Source of the DNA: an uncultured Chloroflexia bacterium
GTDB lineage: Bacteria; Chloroflexota; Limnocylindria; Limnocylindrales; CSP1-4
DNA length: 64,000 nucleotides
Assembly (NCBI GenBank): GCA_963712745.1
Contig: CAVQJC010000001.1
Span: 1 to 64,000, forward strand
Direction: 5' to 3'
Positions 16,939 through 30,239 of this stretch are shown piece after piece. The notes under the pieces were generated by a model. The model made no database searches. It worked only from the letters and a program-made list of their open reading frames with translations, and was not told the DNA's origin. Each line of letters begins with the position of its first letter. Positions within the stretch are counted from its first letter, which is position 1. Made by a program: the position numbers and the translations under genes.

Positions 16939-18713
16939 ATGACCCGACGACCAGGATGGTCGGCGCTGGCTGCGCCTCGGCGCGGCCATGGCTCTCACGC
17001 TCTCGATGAGCGGAGCAAGCTTCGCCCAGGAGGCCGCGCCCGAGATCACCAACGACATGACGTCGTATCCCAGCTACGGTGGCGGAGTCAGTTGCGAGCC
17101 CTTCGAAGTCACCGTCAAGGACGAGGAGACTGGCGAGGACAGCATCGTCACGTACGCCGGCAGCTTCAACGGCTCCCCGTACAGCGGCAACCTCAAGTCC
17201 ATCACTGCGCCGGACCCGATGACGGTCGAGTTCGAGTTCTGCAACCCGAACGTCGGCTTCCTTTCCCAGATCGGGTTCGCCTCGCTGGGTATCGATGACG
17301 CCGACTACCTCATCGAGCACATGGCCGATGGCTCCATCCTGCGCGAGGCCAACGGCACCGGGCGCTACAAGCAGGTCGCCTGGGAGCCCGGCAACCGCAT
17401 CGTCATGGAGGCCTTCGACGGCTACTGGGGCGAACCGGCCAAGACCCCGAATGCCGAGCTGCGCTGGAACCTCGAGTCCGCCCAGCGTCTCACCGAGCTC
17501 CTCTCAGGCACGGTCGACGGCATCGACAACCCCGGCGCCGATGACTTCGAGACGATCGAGAACACCGAGGGTCTGAAGCTCATCCCACGAGAGGTCCTCA
17601 ACATCCTCTACTTCGGGATGAACAACACCTATCGAGCCCTGGAACGACGTGCGCGTCCGCAAGGCGATCGCCATGGGCGTGGACCTCGAGCGTCTCGTTG
17701 CGAACTTCTTCCCGCCCGGATCGGCCGTGGCCACGTACTTCACGCCGTGCTCACTGGCGTACGCCTGTGGCGGCGATCCCTGGTACACGTTCGACCCCGA
17801 GGGCGCCAAGGCGCTGCTCGCGGAAGCAGGCTACCCGGATGGGTTCTCGACGAAGATCCAGTACCGACCGGACGTCCGCCCGTACCTGCCCGACCCGCCC
17901 ATCATCGCGCAGGAGATCCAGGCACAGCTGAAGCAGAACCTGAACATCGACGCGCAGATCGATCAGCAGGAATCGAGCACGTTCCTCGCCAACAATGCGG
18001 CGGGCACGCTCGACGGCCTCTTCCTCCTCGGGTGGGGCGCTGACTTCCCTGATACGGACAACTTCCTCAACTTCCACTTCGGACCCGGCACCGGCGCGAA
18101 GTTCGGTGATCCCATCCCCGAGCTCGTCGAGGCCATCAGGCTCGCCTCCCAGAGTTCTGATCCTGCCGAGCGAGACGCGCTCTACACGACGGCCAACGAG
18201 CTCATCAAGGAGCACGTGCCCGCCGCCATCGCCGCCGTCGCCGGCAATGCCACGGCCTGGAAGGACGACGTCGAGGGAGCCTACTCGTCTCCGTTGACGA
18301 CCGAGATCCTCGCTGACATGAAGGCCGGCGACCGCGACACGATCGTGTTCGTCCAGAACGGTGAGCCGGAGGGCGTCTACTGCGGCGACGAGACCAGCGG
18401 TGAGACCTTCCGTGCCTGCGAGCAGCTCAAGGAGTCGCTCTACGGCTACGAGAGCGGTGGCGTGGTGCCCGTGCCGGCGCTGGCCACGGATTGCTCCGCG
18501 AACGAAGACCTGACCAAGTGGACCTGCACGCTCCGTGAGGGCGTGAAGTTCCACGACGGTGCCGATTTCGACGCCTCCGACGTGATCGCGTCCTTCGCGG
18601 TCCAGTGGGACAGCCAGAGCCCGCTGCACGTCGGCCGGACCGGCGTCTTCGAGTACTGGCCTTCGATGATCGGTGGCGGCTACCTGAACCCGCCTCCGCC
18701 CGCCGCCGAATAG
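16939..18713 (+). CDS. Peptide ABC transporter substrate-binding protein (family 5), circularly permuted, frameshifts near 16980 and 17635
   Basis: AGGAG SD, signal peptide, NGTGRY, YFGMNN, VRVRKAIAMG, and TLREGVKFHDG located at the C-terminus. Confidence 0.85.
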
Positions 18714-18738
18714 CCCGTTCACCGAACGAGCGACTGTT

Positions 18739-18775
18739 GGCACCGACCGGCTCGCACGGCCGGTCGGTGCCTTTT
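18739..18775 (+). terminator. Intrinsic terminator/stabilising hairpin after the SBP gene
   Basis: GGCACCGACCGGC-N7-GCCGGTCGGTGCC-TTTT. Confidence 0.75.
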
Positions 18776-18808
18776 CACCACCCCTAGGAATCCGCACTAC
18801 ACCGACTG

Positions 18809-19885
18809 ATGGCCAGATTCGTCGTGCGCCGCCTCCTCCTCGCCATCCCCGTGCTCTTCGGCGTCGTCCTCATCGTCTTCATGCTGGCGCGCGTCCTGCC
18901 CGGCGATCCCTGTATCGCCACGCTCGGTGAGCGCGCCACCGAGGAGCAGTGTGCACAGTTCGCCATCCGCTACGGCCTGGACGAACCGCTCTGGGTGCAG
19001 TTCGGCGTCTTCCTTCAGGACATCGCGAGCGGGGACCTGGGGACGTCGGTCAAGTTCGGCCTGCCGGTCACCGAGCTCATCGTGCTGCGCCTCCCGACGA
19101 CCATCGAGCTGAGCTTCTACGCGCTCACGCTGGCGATCCTCGTGGGCGTGCCGCTGGGCATCATCTCGGCCTATCGGCGCAACTCGAAGACCGACGTCTC
19201 GACGATGATGTTCGCGAACCTGGGAGTCTCGATCCCGGTCTTCGTGCTGGGCCTCTTGCTCGCCTATGTCTTCGCCGTTACGCTCAAGGACACGCCGTTC
19301 GCGTTGCCTCCATCGGGCCGACTCAGCGCCGGCGTGACCGTAGTCCCGCTTGCTACGGTGTGGGGCCTGGAGGACCTCGGTGGGCCGCCTCGTGCGCTCC
19401 TCGACTTCGTCTCGGGTATCTACACGCTCACGAGCCTCATCACGTTCCAGTGGGAGGCGCTCGTCGACTCGGCACGGCACCTGATCCTGCCGGTCATCGC
19501 GCTCGCCACGATCCCGATGGCCATCATCGCGCGCATCACGCGCTCCAGCCTGCTCGACGTCATGGGTAGTGACTACGTGCGGACGGCACGAGCCAAAGGC
19601 TTGGCCAACCGCCCGGTCGTGATGCGACACGCCTTCCGTAACGCCGTCCTGCCCGTCGTGACCATCATCGGTCTGCAGATCGGCATCCTCTTTGCCGGGG
19701 CGATCCTGACCGAGACCGTGTTCAGCCTGTCGGGCGTGGGTCGGACAGTATTCGAGGCCATCACCGGCCGGGACTACGTGGTCATCCAGGGCTTTACGCT
19801 CATCATCGCCATCGGCGTACTCGTGGTGAACCTCATCGTGGACGTCTCCTACGCCTACCTCGACCCCCGGGTCCGACTCAGCTGA
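18809..19885 (+). CDS. Peptide ABC permease (DppB/OppB family)
   Basis: RRLLLAIPVL, PGDP, DYVRTARAKGL EAA-like loop, YLDPRV. Confidence 0.92.
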   Translation: MARFVVRRLLLAIPVLFGVVLIVFMLARVLPGDPCIATLGERATEEQCAQFAIRYGLDEPLWVQFGVFLQDIASGDLGTSVKFGLPVTELIVLRLPTTIELSFYALTLAILVGVPLGIISAYRRNSKTDVSTMMFANLGVSIPVFVLGLLLAYVFAVTLKDTPFALPPSGRLSAGVTVVPLATVWGLEDLGGPPRALLDFVSGIYTLTSLITFQWEALVDSARHLILPVIALATIPMAIIARITRSSLLDVMGSDYVRTARAKGLANRPVVMRHAFRNAVLPVVTIIGLQIGILFAGAILTETVFSLSGVGRTVFEAITGRDYVVIQGFTLIIAIGVLVVNLIVDVSYAYLDPRVRLS

Positions 19886-20843
19886 TGACGAACGAACCAG
19901 TCTCCGTCACGGCCGAAGGCCTCGGCGACCTCGTCGCACACCGGGCCAAGACTCGTCGAGCCGGCCCACTTCGGGACACCCTCGGCAGCGTTCTGCGGCA
20001 GCGCTCTGCGATCATGGGGCTCTCGATCCTGGGCGTACTCCTCTTCGCCGCCATCTTCGCCGACGTCATCGCTCCCTACCCGCCCGAGCAGGTGCTGCTC
20101 GGCGAGGTGGAGGGCATCTCGCGCCGCTCGTCCCCCTGCATCCATGCCCTCGGTTGCCCGACCGATCAGCCCGAGTTCATCATGGGTACCGACGGCAACT
20201 TCCGGGATGTCTTCAGCCGCGTGGTGTTCGGCGCGCGGGTCTCGCTGTTCATCGGCTTCTTCACGGTGACCTTCGCGATCCTCGTGGGCGCATTCTTCGG
20301 CGCCGTGGCGGGCTACGTGGGGGGCTGGAGCGACAACGGGATCATGCGTTTCATGGACCTGTTCCTGGTCTTCCCGGCACTGCTGCTTGCGATCGCCATC
20401 GTCACCGTGCTGGGGCAGGGTCTCATCAACGCCATGCTAGCCATCGTCATCGTGAGCATCCCCATCTATTCCCGGATCATGCGATCCACGGTCATCACCG
20501 TGCGTGAATCGGACTACGTGACGGCCTCACGGGCGCTCGGCGAATCGCCCAGGGGCCTGCTATTCCGGCGTGTCGTCCCCAACTCCATCACGCCCATCAT
20601 CGTGGCCGGCACGCTGGGCATCGCGACCGCCATCCTGGAGGTTGCCGCCCTGTCGTTCCTGGGCATCGGCGCCCAGCCACCACTGGCCGAGTGGGGCTCC
20701 ATGATCGGGCTGGAGCGCAACCAGCTCTTCTCCGCGCCGCACCTCATCCTCTTCCCGGGTATCGCCCTGGCGCTCACGGTGCTCGGTTTCAACCTCCTTG
20801 GCGACGGTCTGCGCGACGCCATGGACCCGCGATTGAACAACTG

Positions 20844-20844
<1 letters not shown>
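19885..20844 (+). CDS. Peptide ABC permease (DppC/OppC family)
   Basis: GTDGNFRDVFSRVVFGARVSL, LSFLGIG, LGDGLRDAMDP. Confidence 0.92.
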
Positions 20845-21883
<1,039 letters not shown>

Positions 21884-21887
<4 letters not shown>

Positions 21888-22969
21888 TGACCAGCGTGAG
21901 CGCCGCAGCTGCCGCCCCCGAAGCGACCGACGATCTCGTACGGGTCGAGGGCCTCTACAAGTCCTTCCCCATCAAGGGCGGCATCCTGCAGCGCACCGTT
22001 GCGGAGGTGCGTGCGGTCGACGGTGTGGATCTGGTCATCCGCCGTGGCGAGACGGTCGGGCTCGTCGGCGAGTCGGGCTGTGGCAAGACGACCGTGGGCC
22101 GGCTCATCCTTCGCCTGATCGAGCCCTCGGGCGGGAAGATCTTCTTCGATGGTCGAGACATCACTGCTCTCAGCGGCGGGGCGTTGCGGCCCTTCCGCAG
22201 GCGAATGCAGATCGTGTTCCAGGATCCCTTCTCCTCGCTGGACCCGCGCCAGCCCATCGGAGACAGCATCGGCGAGGGTCTCCGCATCCATGGCATCGGC
22301 ACAGGTGAGGAGCGACAGGCCAAGGTGGCGCGGATGATGGACCTCGTCGGCCTGCAGGCCTATCAGGCTCGGCGCTATCCGCACGAGTTCTCAGGCGGCC
22401 AGCGCCAGCGGATCGGCATCGCCCGTGCCCTGGTCATGGAGCCCGATCTCATCGTCTGCGACGAGCCGGTATCGGCGCTGGATGTCTCGATCCAAGCACA
22501 GGTGCTGAACCTGCTCAAGTCGCTCCAGAAGGAGTTCGGGCTGACCTACCTGTTCATCGCCCACAACCTCGGCGTAGTCGAACATATCAGCGACCGCGTG
22601 GCGGTGATGTACCTGGGTCGCGTGGCCGAGCTCACCAACCGCGAGCAGCTCTACCGCGACCCACGCCACCCCTACACGATGGCGCTGATGTCCGCGATCC
22701 CCCTGCCCGACCCGACGTTGAGACGCAAGCGCATCATCCTCACTGGCGACGTGCCCAGCCCGGTCAATCCGCCCGAGGGCTGCAACTTCCATCCGCGCTG
22801 CTGGCTGCGTCACCAGCTCGACCAGCCAGAGGTCTGCGCGACCGACATCCCGCAGCTGATCGATCCCACGCCCGACGATGGCGAGGAGCAACAGGTGGCC
22901 TGCCACTTCCGCGAGACGAGCGCCATCGAGCTGGAGAAGGCCTCCCGGGTGGAGGAGGTCGTCAGCTAG
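21884..22969 (+). CDS. Peptide ABC ATPase (DppF/OppF family)
   Basis: [31 protein letters not shown]. Confidence 0.92.
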
Positions 22970-23378
22970 GACGACCAGGGATATCGATGCCGGTCGTGTA
23001 CCGATGGGCACGCTTGGAACCCAGGGGCCCGGAGTTGCTGTCTGTTCGTGACCGCATCGCCGAGGCCGGTTGCCGAGTGGTCGTCGAGACCGGCTCCTGA
23101 ACGCCACGACGAAGCCGTCACGCTCATGCGGTCTCGGCCGACGAGAGCGCGGAGCGATGCCCGCTTCCCGGTCTTCGAGATGCACGCCGGCGTCAGTCGA
23201 TCCGGCATTCGCCGACGCGATGGCCCAGCGACTCGATGTCGACGATCCCCATGGGCCCCGGAGCCGCGGAGCGAAGGCCTGATCCCGCTTGCGCTTGCCG
23301 ACTCGACTGCCGTACCATCCCGGCCTCGTGACGCCGAGGCGGCCATGTTCCACCACCGGGGGAACAGGGAGGGATGCC

Positions 23379-23757
23379 ATGACATCCACCATCCACGCCC
23401 CCGCCCGAACGAGGCTTCGCCGACCACCTGGACGCGCATCCATACGTCACCGTCTCGGCGATGACACCGGTCGAGATCGGCGGCTACAGCGGGGTCCAGG
23501 TGGACATGCGCTCGAGCGTGCCGGCGGAGAGCGAGCCGCCCTGGGCCTGGCTCTGGACGCTGCCCGTGGTGGGTGACTTCCATCTCAATGACGACGAGGA
23601 CGCCCGTTTCATCGCGCTCGACGTGGACGACCACGTCACGGTCATGGCGGCCGAAGCCTTCACCGGCCCGGACCCGGAGAACCCCGAGGTCGACTGGGAC
23701 GGCTTCCTGGAGAAGCTGTCGGCACTGACCGACTCCATGGTCATCGCACCGGCCTGA
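23379..23757 (+). CDS. Hypothetical protein, probably truncated or frameshifted at the 5' end
   Basis: GGAGG SD before ATG 23379; protein-like ORF 23461-23757 (TPVEIGGYSGVQVD...). Confidence 0.45.
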
Positions 23758-23844
23758 TTCGGGACCCACCGGCCGGGTTACCCTCGAAGTGACAGGCCGC
23801 GCCCCACCCGGACGCGATGCGCGTTCCGCCTCCGGCGGCTGGGA

Positions 23845-24987
23845 TCAGGCTGCGGCCTCGTCGGGTTCATCGCTGAGGTTGACGTGGTGGGCGGCGTGCT
23901 CGGTCGCCTCGGGCGAGATCCTGTCGGTGAAGTGACAGGCGGCCAGGTGGCCTCCGCCGATGTCCTGGAGTGGCGGATCGACCGTCTCGCAGATCTCAGG
24001 GTCGTCGAGTTGCTCGCGCAACCAGCAGCGGGTCCGGAAGCGACACCCCGAGGGCGGGGCGGCCGGACTGGGGACATCGCCTCTGAGCACGATGCGACGA
24101 GCGCGCCGGCGGGGGTCGGGCTCCGGCACCGCTGACAGAAGCGCGATCGAGTAGGGATGCTGGGGCCCGTCGTACAACCCGCCCACCGCCGCCAGCTCGA
24201 CGATCTTGCCCAGGTACATGACCGCCACCCGGTCGCTGATGTACTGGACCACCGAGAGGTTGTGGGCGATGAACAGGTAGGTCAGGCCGAATTCCGAGCG
24301 CAGGTCCAGCAGCAGGTTCAGGATCTGCGACTGGATCGACACGTCCAGGGCCGAGACCGGCTCGTCGCAGACCACGAACTCCGGGCCCAGCACCAGGGCA
24401 CGGGCGATGCCGATGCGTTGACGCTGGCCGCCACTGAATTCGTGCGGGTAGCGACGAGCGTAGTCACGGCGCAGTCCCACGAACTCGAGGTAGTCGCCGA
24501 CGCGGGCGTCGCGAACGCTGCGCTTGCCCCAGCCGTTCTCTTGGTCGGCCTGAGCGACCAGACCCTCGCCGACGATGTCGCTGATGGGCATCCGGGGGTT
24601 CAGCGAGCCCACTGGATCCTGGAAGATGATCTGCATGCGCCGGCGCAGACGCTTGAGGTCGTCACCCTTCTTGGCGAAGATGTCCTCCCCGTCGATGCGC
24701 GCTGCGCCAGAGGTCGGTGGCAGGAGCCGGATGAGGGTACGGCCCAGCGTCGACTTGCCGCAGCCGGACTCACCGACCAAGCCCAGGACCTCGCCCCTGG
24801 CGACGTCGAAGCTGACCCCATCGACGGCCTGGACATCGCCGATGTGCCGACGCAGCAGGCCACCGGTGATGGGGAAGTACTTGACGAGATCCTGCACCTC
24901 GATGAGCTTCCTCGCGGCATCGGGAACTGGACGTGCGCCACCTTCGGCGGCGACGCCCGGCTGCGACTTGGGGGCCGTGTCGGTCAA
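23845..24987 (-). CDS. Peptide ABC ATPase (OppF family)
   Basis: [31 protein letters not shown]. Confidence 0.92.
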   Translation of the reverse strand: MTDTAPKSQPGVAAEGGARPVPDAARKLIEVQDLVKYFPITGGLLRRHIGDVQAVDGVSFDVARGEVLGLVGESGCGKSTLGRTLIRLLPPTSGAARIDGEDIFAKKGDDLKRLRRRMQIIFQDPVGSLNPRMPISDIVGEGLVAQADQENGWGKRSVRDARVGDYLEFVGLRRDYARRYPHEFSGGQRQRIGIARALVLGPEFVVCDEPVSALDVSIQSQILNLLLDLRSEFGLTYLFIAHNLSVVQYISDRVAVMYLGKIVELAAVGGLYDGPQHPYSIALLSAVPEPDPRRRARRIVLRGDVPSPAAPPSGCRFRTRCWLREQLDDPEICETVDPPLQDIGGGHLAACHFTDRISPEATEHAAHHVNLSDEPDEAAA

Positions 24988-26021
24988 CGCGGAACCTCCT
25001 GGTGCTTCCAGCAGGCCACGGTGCGGCCATCGGCATCGCCCAGGACCGGGTCATGTTCGTCGCAGGCCTCGAAACGATACGGGCAGCGCGGCGCGAAATT
25101 GCAGCCGCTGGGCATGTTGAAGGGGTTGGGCACGGTGCCATGGATGACGTTGAGCCGCTTGCCCCGCGAGGCTCGGCTTGGGATGGAGGCAAGCAGGCCC
25201 TCGGAGTACGGGTGCTTGGGATCGAGCAGGACCTCTTCAGCGGTCCCGCGTTCGACGACCCGGCCGGCGTACATGACGATGACCTCGTCGACCATCTCAG
25301 CGACCACGCCCAGGTCGTGCGTGATCAGCATCAACGCCGCCCCGGTCTCCTCCTGGATCTCCCGCACCAGCTCGAGGATCTGCGCCTGGATGGTCACGTC
25401 CAGGGCCGTGGTGGGCTCGTCCGCGATGAGCAGCTTCGGCTCACAGGACAGGGCCATGGCGATCATCACGCGCTGCCGCATCCCGCCCGACAACTCGTGT
25501 GGATACTGGCGCGCGCGGCGCTCCGGGGAGGCGATGCCGACCCGGCGCAGGTTGTCGACAGCACGGTCCTGCGCCTCTTGCTTGCTGACCGGGAAGTGCA
25601 GCCGGATCGCTTCTGCGATCTGGTCCCCGACCCGGAAGACCGGGTTGAGGCTGGTCATCGGCTCCTGGAAGATCATGGCGATGTCGTTGCCACGCAATCT
25701 GCGCATGTCGTCCTCGGGCAGCGCCAGCAGGTCGCGACCGTCGAAGAGGATCTGACCGCTGGCGATCTCCGCGGGTGGGATATCCAGCAGGCGCATGATG
25801 GTGAGCGCCGTGACCGACTTGCCGCAGCCGGATTCACCGACTACACCGAGGGTCTCACCACGCGCGATCGAGAAGTCGACGCCGTCGACCGCCTTGACCG
25901 TGCCGTCCATGACGTGGAAGTGCGTACGAAGGTCGCGCACCTGCAGGATGTCGTCGGAGCCGGCCGTCTGCTCGGGCTCTGCCTGCGGCGACACGCTGGC
26001 GGTCGCCTCGCTCGTGCTCAC
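24984..26021 (-). CDS. Peptide ABC ATPase (OppD family)
   Basis: [30 protein letters not shown]. Confidence 0.92.
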   Translation of the reverse strand: MSTSEATASVSPQAEPEQTAGSDDILQVRDLRTHFHVMDGTVKAVDGVDFSIARGETLGVVGESGCGKSVTALTIMRLLDIPPAEIASGQILFDGRDLLALPEDDMRRLRGNDIAMIFQEPMTSLNPVFRVGDQIAEAIRLHFPVSKQEAQDRAVDNLRRVGIASPERRARQYPHELSGGMRQRVMIAMALSCEPKLLIADEPTTALDVTIQAQILELVREIQEETGAALMLITHDLGVVAEMVDEVIVMYAGRVVERGTAEEVLLDPKHPYSEGLLASIPSRASRGKRLNVIHGTVPNPFNMPSGCNFAPRCPYRFEACDEHDPVLGDADGRTVACWKHQEVPR

Positions 26022-26025
26022 CGGC

Positions 26026-26991
26026 CTACTCCTTGGATCGCGGGTCGAGGGCATCGCGGAGTCCGTCGCCCATGAAGTTGACGGCGATCACCGTGAGGGC
26101 GATGGCCATGCCGGGGAAGAGCGCCCACCACCAGTTGCCCAGCGAAAGCGCGTTCTGGGCGTTCGAGAGTGCGTTGCCCCAGCTGACTTCGGTCTCCTTG
26201 ATACCGAAGTTGAGGAACGAGACGAAGGCCTCCAGGATGATGTTCGAGGCCATCAGCAGGGTCATGGCCACGATGACCGGGCCCATGGCATTGGGGAGGA
26301 CGTGTCGGAATGCTGTCCGCGCCGGACTGACACCGACGGCTCGAGCGGCATCGACGAAGTCTGTCTCGCGCAAGGTCAGGAACTGCGCGCGGACCAGGCG
26401 GGCGATGAGGGGCCAGGTCAAGAGTCCGAAGATGACCGTGATGGCCCAGACATCGCCGCCACCGAGGAACTCCGCGGCGACGAGGATGACGAAGAGGAAG
26501 GGGATCGCGAACAGGACGTCGACGAGGCGCATGAGGACGTTGTCCACCTTGCCTCCGGCGAAGCCCGCGGTGGCGCCGATGATGACGCCCACGAAGCCGG
26601 CGATGAGCATGGACCCGAGGCCGACGAAGATGGAGATGCGCGCGCCGTTCACGGTCATGGCGAATACATCGCGCCCGTCGCTCGCGGTCCCGAAGAGGTG
26701 CTCGATACTGGGCGAGTCACCGCCCGGCGATAGGGCTCCGGGGTAGTTGATAGGGTCGAAGGGCGCCAGGATCGGGCCGAAGATCGCGACGAACAACATC
26801 GTCGCGAAGATGACCGCACCGACCAGGGCCAGCTTGTGCCGCTTGTAGCGGCGCCAGGCCAGCTGCCACTGGCTCAGCGACTCGAGAGCGACCTCGTTGT
26901 CCGCGGACGCGACTTCGGGGTCGAGCTTGTGCGCTGGGATCCCCGTCGCGGCGACTTGGCTGTCGGTCTTGGCCGATTCGTCGACTGACAT
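26026..26991 (-). CDS. Peptide ABC permease (OppC family)
   Basis: [28 protein letters not shown]. Confidence 0.92.
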   Translation of the reverse strand: MSVDESAKTDSQVAATGIPAHKLDPEVASADNEVALESLSQWQLAWRRYKRHKLALVGAVIFATMLFVAIFGPILAPFDPINYPGALSPGGDSPSIEHLFGTASDGRDVFAMTVNGARISIFVGLGSMLIAGFVGVIIGATAGFAGGKVDNVLMRLVDVLFAIPFLFVILVAAEFLGGGDVWAITVIFGLLTWPLIARLVRAQFLTLRETDFVDAARAVGVSPARTAFRHVLPNAMGPVIVAMTLLMASNIILEAFVSFLNFGIKETEVSWGNALSNAQNALSLGNWWWALFPGMAIALTVIAVNFMGDGLRDALDPRSKE

Positions 26992-27000
26992 CACGTGCCT

Positions 27001-28106
27001 TTAGTAGCGGATCCGGGGATCGGCGAACGCATAGATCATGTCGGCCACGATGTTCATGATCACCACGAGCATCGAGGTGATCAGCAGGATGCCCATGAGC
27101 AGGAAGTAGTCACGGTTGTTGACGCCCTCGATGTAGAGGCGCCCCATGCCGGGCCAGGAGAAGATGGTCTCGGTGACCACCGCTCCTGAGAAGAGGAAGG
27201 CGATCTGCAGCGACACCGACGTGATGATGGGCAGCAGCGCATTGCGGAACGCATGGGTGAAGACGACCGTGCGTCGTGGCGCGCCCTTGGCCCGAGCGGT
27301 GCGGACATAGTCCTGGCTCAGCGTGTCCAGCATGGATGAGCGGACGAAGCGGCTGTCCGCGGCGATGCTCACCGCCACCAGCGTGACCACGGGCAGGAAC
27401 AGGTGGCGCGCGATGTCAAGGAGGTTGGGGACAGGCTCCGCCCAGAATCCGGTCCAGTAGGCGGGCGTGTTGAAGGCCCCCGGCGCCTCTCGCGCATCGA
27501 CGATGCCCTGCGATGGGAACCAGTGCAGGGTGACGGCGAAGAAGTAGATGAGGATCAGTCCTAACCAGAACGTGGGGAGCGAGTAGAAGACGTAGCTGAA
27601 GAAGGTCACGCTCTGGTCGAAGAGCGAATACCGTTTGACGGCCGCGATGACGCCCAGGACGATGGCGATGCTGACCCAGATGACGAACGCCGTGCCCATC
27701 AGCACCAAGGTGGCAGGCACCCGCTCGAAGATCATGTCCAACACGGGTCTGCCCGAGTTGATGGAGTACCCGAAGTCGCCGTGCAGGACGCCGTTGTCCC
27801 CACCTCCGAGGAACTGGGGCAGGAAGTTGGGCATGCCCTGCTCGGAGAAGAAGCCGCCGCCTGACTCACAGTTCCAGACTCCCAGCCAGCCGCCGAACTC
27901 GCGCAGCGTGGCGCCGGGGTCGTCGCTACGCTCCAGGCACCACCGGGCCAGCCACTGATCGATCTGCTCGGCGCTGATGTGCGGGTTGCGCACGAACGCG
28001 GCCTGCGGCCCCCCGGGGCAGCCTGCATCAGCATGAAGCTGATGACCGCGATCACGAAGACCACGGGGATGGCCTGCAGGATCCGGCGGGTCAGGTAGCT
28101 AGCCAT
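27001..28106 (-). CDS. Peptide ABC permease (OppB family), frameshift near 28010
   Basis: MASYLTRRILQAIP..APGG joins ORF 27001-27993 (DYVRTARAKG, ADPRIRY). Confidence 0.88.
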
Positions 28107-28175
28107 GCATGGGCTGCTGGTGGTTGAGGGGGAGGTGCATGGGGACGAGGGTCATGGGAGGGCGACCGACACGAG

Positions 28176-28203
28176 GTGTGGGCGCCTCGGGAGGCGCCCA
28201 CAC
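28176..28203 (-). terminator. Hairpin between the oppA-like and oppB-like genes
   Basis: Inverted repeat GTGTGGGCGCCTC-GG-GAGGCGCCCACAC. Confidence 0.6.
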
Positions 28204-28243
28204 GCTGGTGTGTCGACTCAGGTCCTGGTGGACCCGGCCACGA

Positions 28244-30031
28244 CTACTCCTTGACGAACCAGCGCTCCGTGTCCCACGTCGCGCCAGCGGTGCTGGGATT
28301 GTACTTCTCGTAGCCACCGACACGGTTGCTCACACCGGTGGTCTCCGCTCGGTAGTAGACCGGGATCTCGGTCACGGTGTCGATGATGGTCTGCTGCACC
28401 ACCGAGACCGCAGCCTTCTGCTCCTCGGGATCGATGAGCACGGCCAGGGCGTCGAGCGCCTCGTCCATCGCCGCGTCGTTGACACGCGAGTTGTTGTAGC
28501 CGTTGGGATTGGCATCCGACGGGATCTGCGAGGAGTGGTAGACGTAGAAGTTGTCGCTGTAGAGGTCACCGGTCATCACCCATGCGAAGAGGGCGATGTC
28601 GTAGCTGCCGCGGTAGATCGAGCACTCGGTGTCCGGGGTCGTATCGGCCCAGTCAGCGAAGTAGACGCTGGCGGCATCCTCGGTCTGGATGTCGGAGTTG
28701 ATACCGACCGCGGCGAGGTCCTGGGCGACGCGACCGAGCGTTGTCAGCCGGGTGGGATTGCCCGAGCTGGTGCACATCTGCAGCCGCAGCTCGTTGCCAT
28801 CCTTCTCGCGCCTGCCTGAGTCCGGGTTCACCGTCCAGCCGGCCTCGTCAAGGAGCGCCATGGCCATCTCGGGATCGTACTCGGGGCAGGTGATCGGGGT
28901 ATCGGTCCGCCACCACGAGCCTGGCGGCGACGTGGAGCAGGCCGGTTCGACACCGGCGCCCGGGAAGAGGACCTCGACGATCGAGGCCTTGTCGACGGCG
29001 TGCGCGATAGCGGTACGAACGAGCGGATCATCGAGGCCCACATCGACGCTGTCGAAGTTGAGGTCGAGGTGCTCGTATGACCAGACCGAGTCAGAGTCGG
29101 CACGACCGATATCAGGGCTGACCTGACTCACGGCCGGGTAGTCGGCCTGCGTCATGTCGAACGCGAGGTCGATCTCACCGTTGAGGAAGGCGGTGATCAT
29201 GCCGTCCTTGGAACCGAAGAAGCGATAGCGGAGGCCGTCGAGATAGGGGCCGTCGTTGACGACGTACTCGGGATTGGGCACGTAGTCGATACCCTCACCA
29301 CTGGACCCGGTGATCATGAAGGGGCCGTTGGCGGGGATCTCCGGCAGGACCGGCGAACCGACGACGGCGGTCGTGGTGACTTCCTCGTAGGGGATGTCTG
29401 CCCAGAACTGCGGCGGGATGACGGCGTAGGAGGCGAGCCAGTCACGCCAGGCAGCGTACGGCTGGCGCCAGGTAACGGTCGCGCTGAGGCCATCCTCCGC
29501 GATCTCGTAGGAGGCGACGAGCTGGTTCTCAGGCGCATACAGGGTCTCGATGTCTTCGATGGCCGGATCGACCAGCGGCACCATCGAGGCGCAACGGCCG
29601 CAGCCGACACCGGACTTGAGCATCTCGGCGGCCCACTCGAGGTTCCACTTGTGATCGTTCAGCGTGAGGGGCATCCCGTCGGACCACTTCAGATCAGGCT
29701 TGAGCTTCAGATTGAGCGCGAAGCTGCCGTCGTCGTTGATCACCAGTCCGCCGTTCTCGACGGATGGGACCTCGGACAGAAGCTCTGGGATGTACTCGCC
29801 ATCGTTGTTGACGTCGAGCAACGCGACCCAGCTCGGGTAGATGGCCTGGAAGTTGGTGACCGTGTTGGTCATGTGCGGGTTGAGCTGGCTGGCTGCCTGC
29901 CAGTCGCCATAGACGATGGTGCCGCCTGGCTGTGGCTCATCCTGGGCGGCGGCGGGCGCAGCAGCGAACGCCGTGGCCGCCAGCACCAGCGCGGCGCCGA
30001 GCGCAAACGTGCGTCGAGTCGATGGACTCAT
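28244..30031 (-). CDS. Peptide ABC substrate-binding protein (OppA-like, canonical order)
   Basis: Signal peptide, PQPGGTIVYG, LKPDLKWSDG, NGPF, YEHLDLN. Confidence 0.9.
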   Translation of the reverse strand: MSPSTRRTFALGAALVLAATAFAAAPAAAQDEPQPGGTIVYGDWQAASQLNPHMTNTVTNFQAIYPSWVALLDVNNDGEYIPELLSEVPSVENGGLVINDDGSFALNLKLKPDLKWSDGMPLTLNDHKWNLEWAAEMLKSGVGCGRCASMVPLVDPAIEDIETLYAPENQLVASYEIAEDGLSATVTWRQPYAAWRDWLASYAVIPPQFWADIPYEEVTTTAVVGSPVLPEIPANGPFMITGSSGEGIDYVPNPEYVVNDGPYLDGLRYRFFGSKDGMITAFLNGEIDLAFDMTQADYPAVSQVSPDIGRADSDSVWSYEHLDLNFDSVDVGLDDPLVRTAIAHAVDKASIVEVLFPGAGVEPACSTSPPGSWWRTDTPITCPEYDPEMAMALLDEAGWTVNPDSGRREKDGNELRLQMCTSSGNPTRLTTLGRVAQDLAAVGINSDIQTEDAASVYFADWADTTPDTECSIYRGSYDIALFAWVMTGDLYSDNFYVYHSSQIPSDANPNGYNNSRVNDAAMDEALDALAVLIDPEEQKAAVSVVQQTIIDTVTEIPVYYRAETTGVSNRVGGYEKYNPSTAGATWDTERWFVKE

Positions 30032-30137
30032 AGAAGAGGCTCCTCCTCTTTGCGGACGTCCGCGCCTTGGTGGTGCGGATCGCATCTGTCTCCCGTCTGC
30101 CGCCACTCCTCATTCTGTGCACGCAGGCGCACGTCTC

Positions 30138-30229
30138 CCACAGAGGGGCCACAGGCAGTTTGATTGTATAGAGCCCTTCCAGGAGGTTCTACCACAGGGC
30201 CATAGGTCGCCGGCTGACGCGACCATAGG
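30138..30229 (-). promoter_or_regulatory. oppA promoter region with -10 TACAAT and repeated CCAYAGG motifs
   Basis: ATTGTA at 30163-30168 (TACAAT on minus); CCAYAGG at 30149, 30192, 30200 and 30223. Confidence 0.45.
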
Positions 30230-30239
30230 CCCCCGGAGG

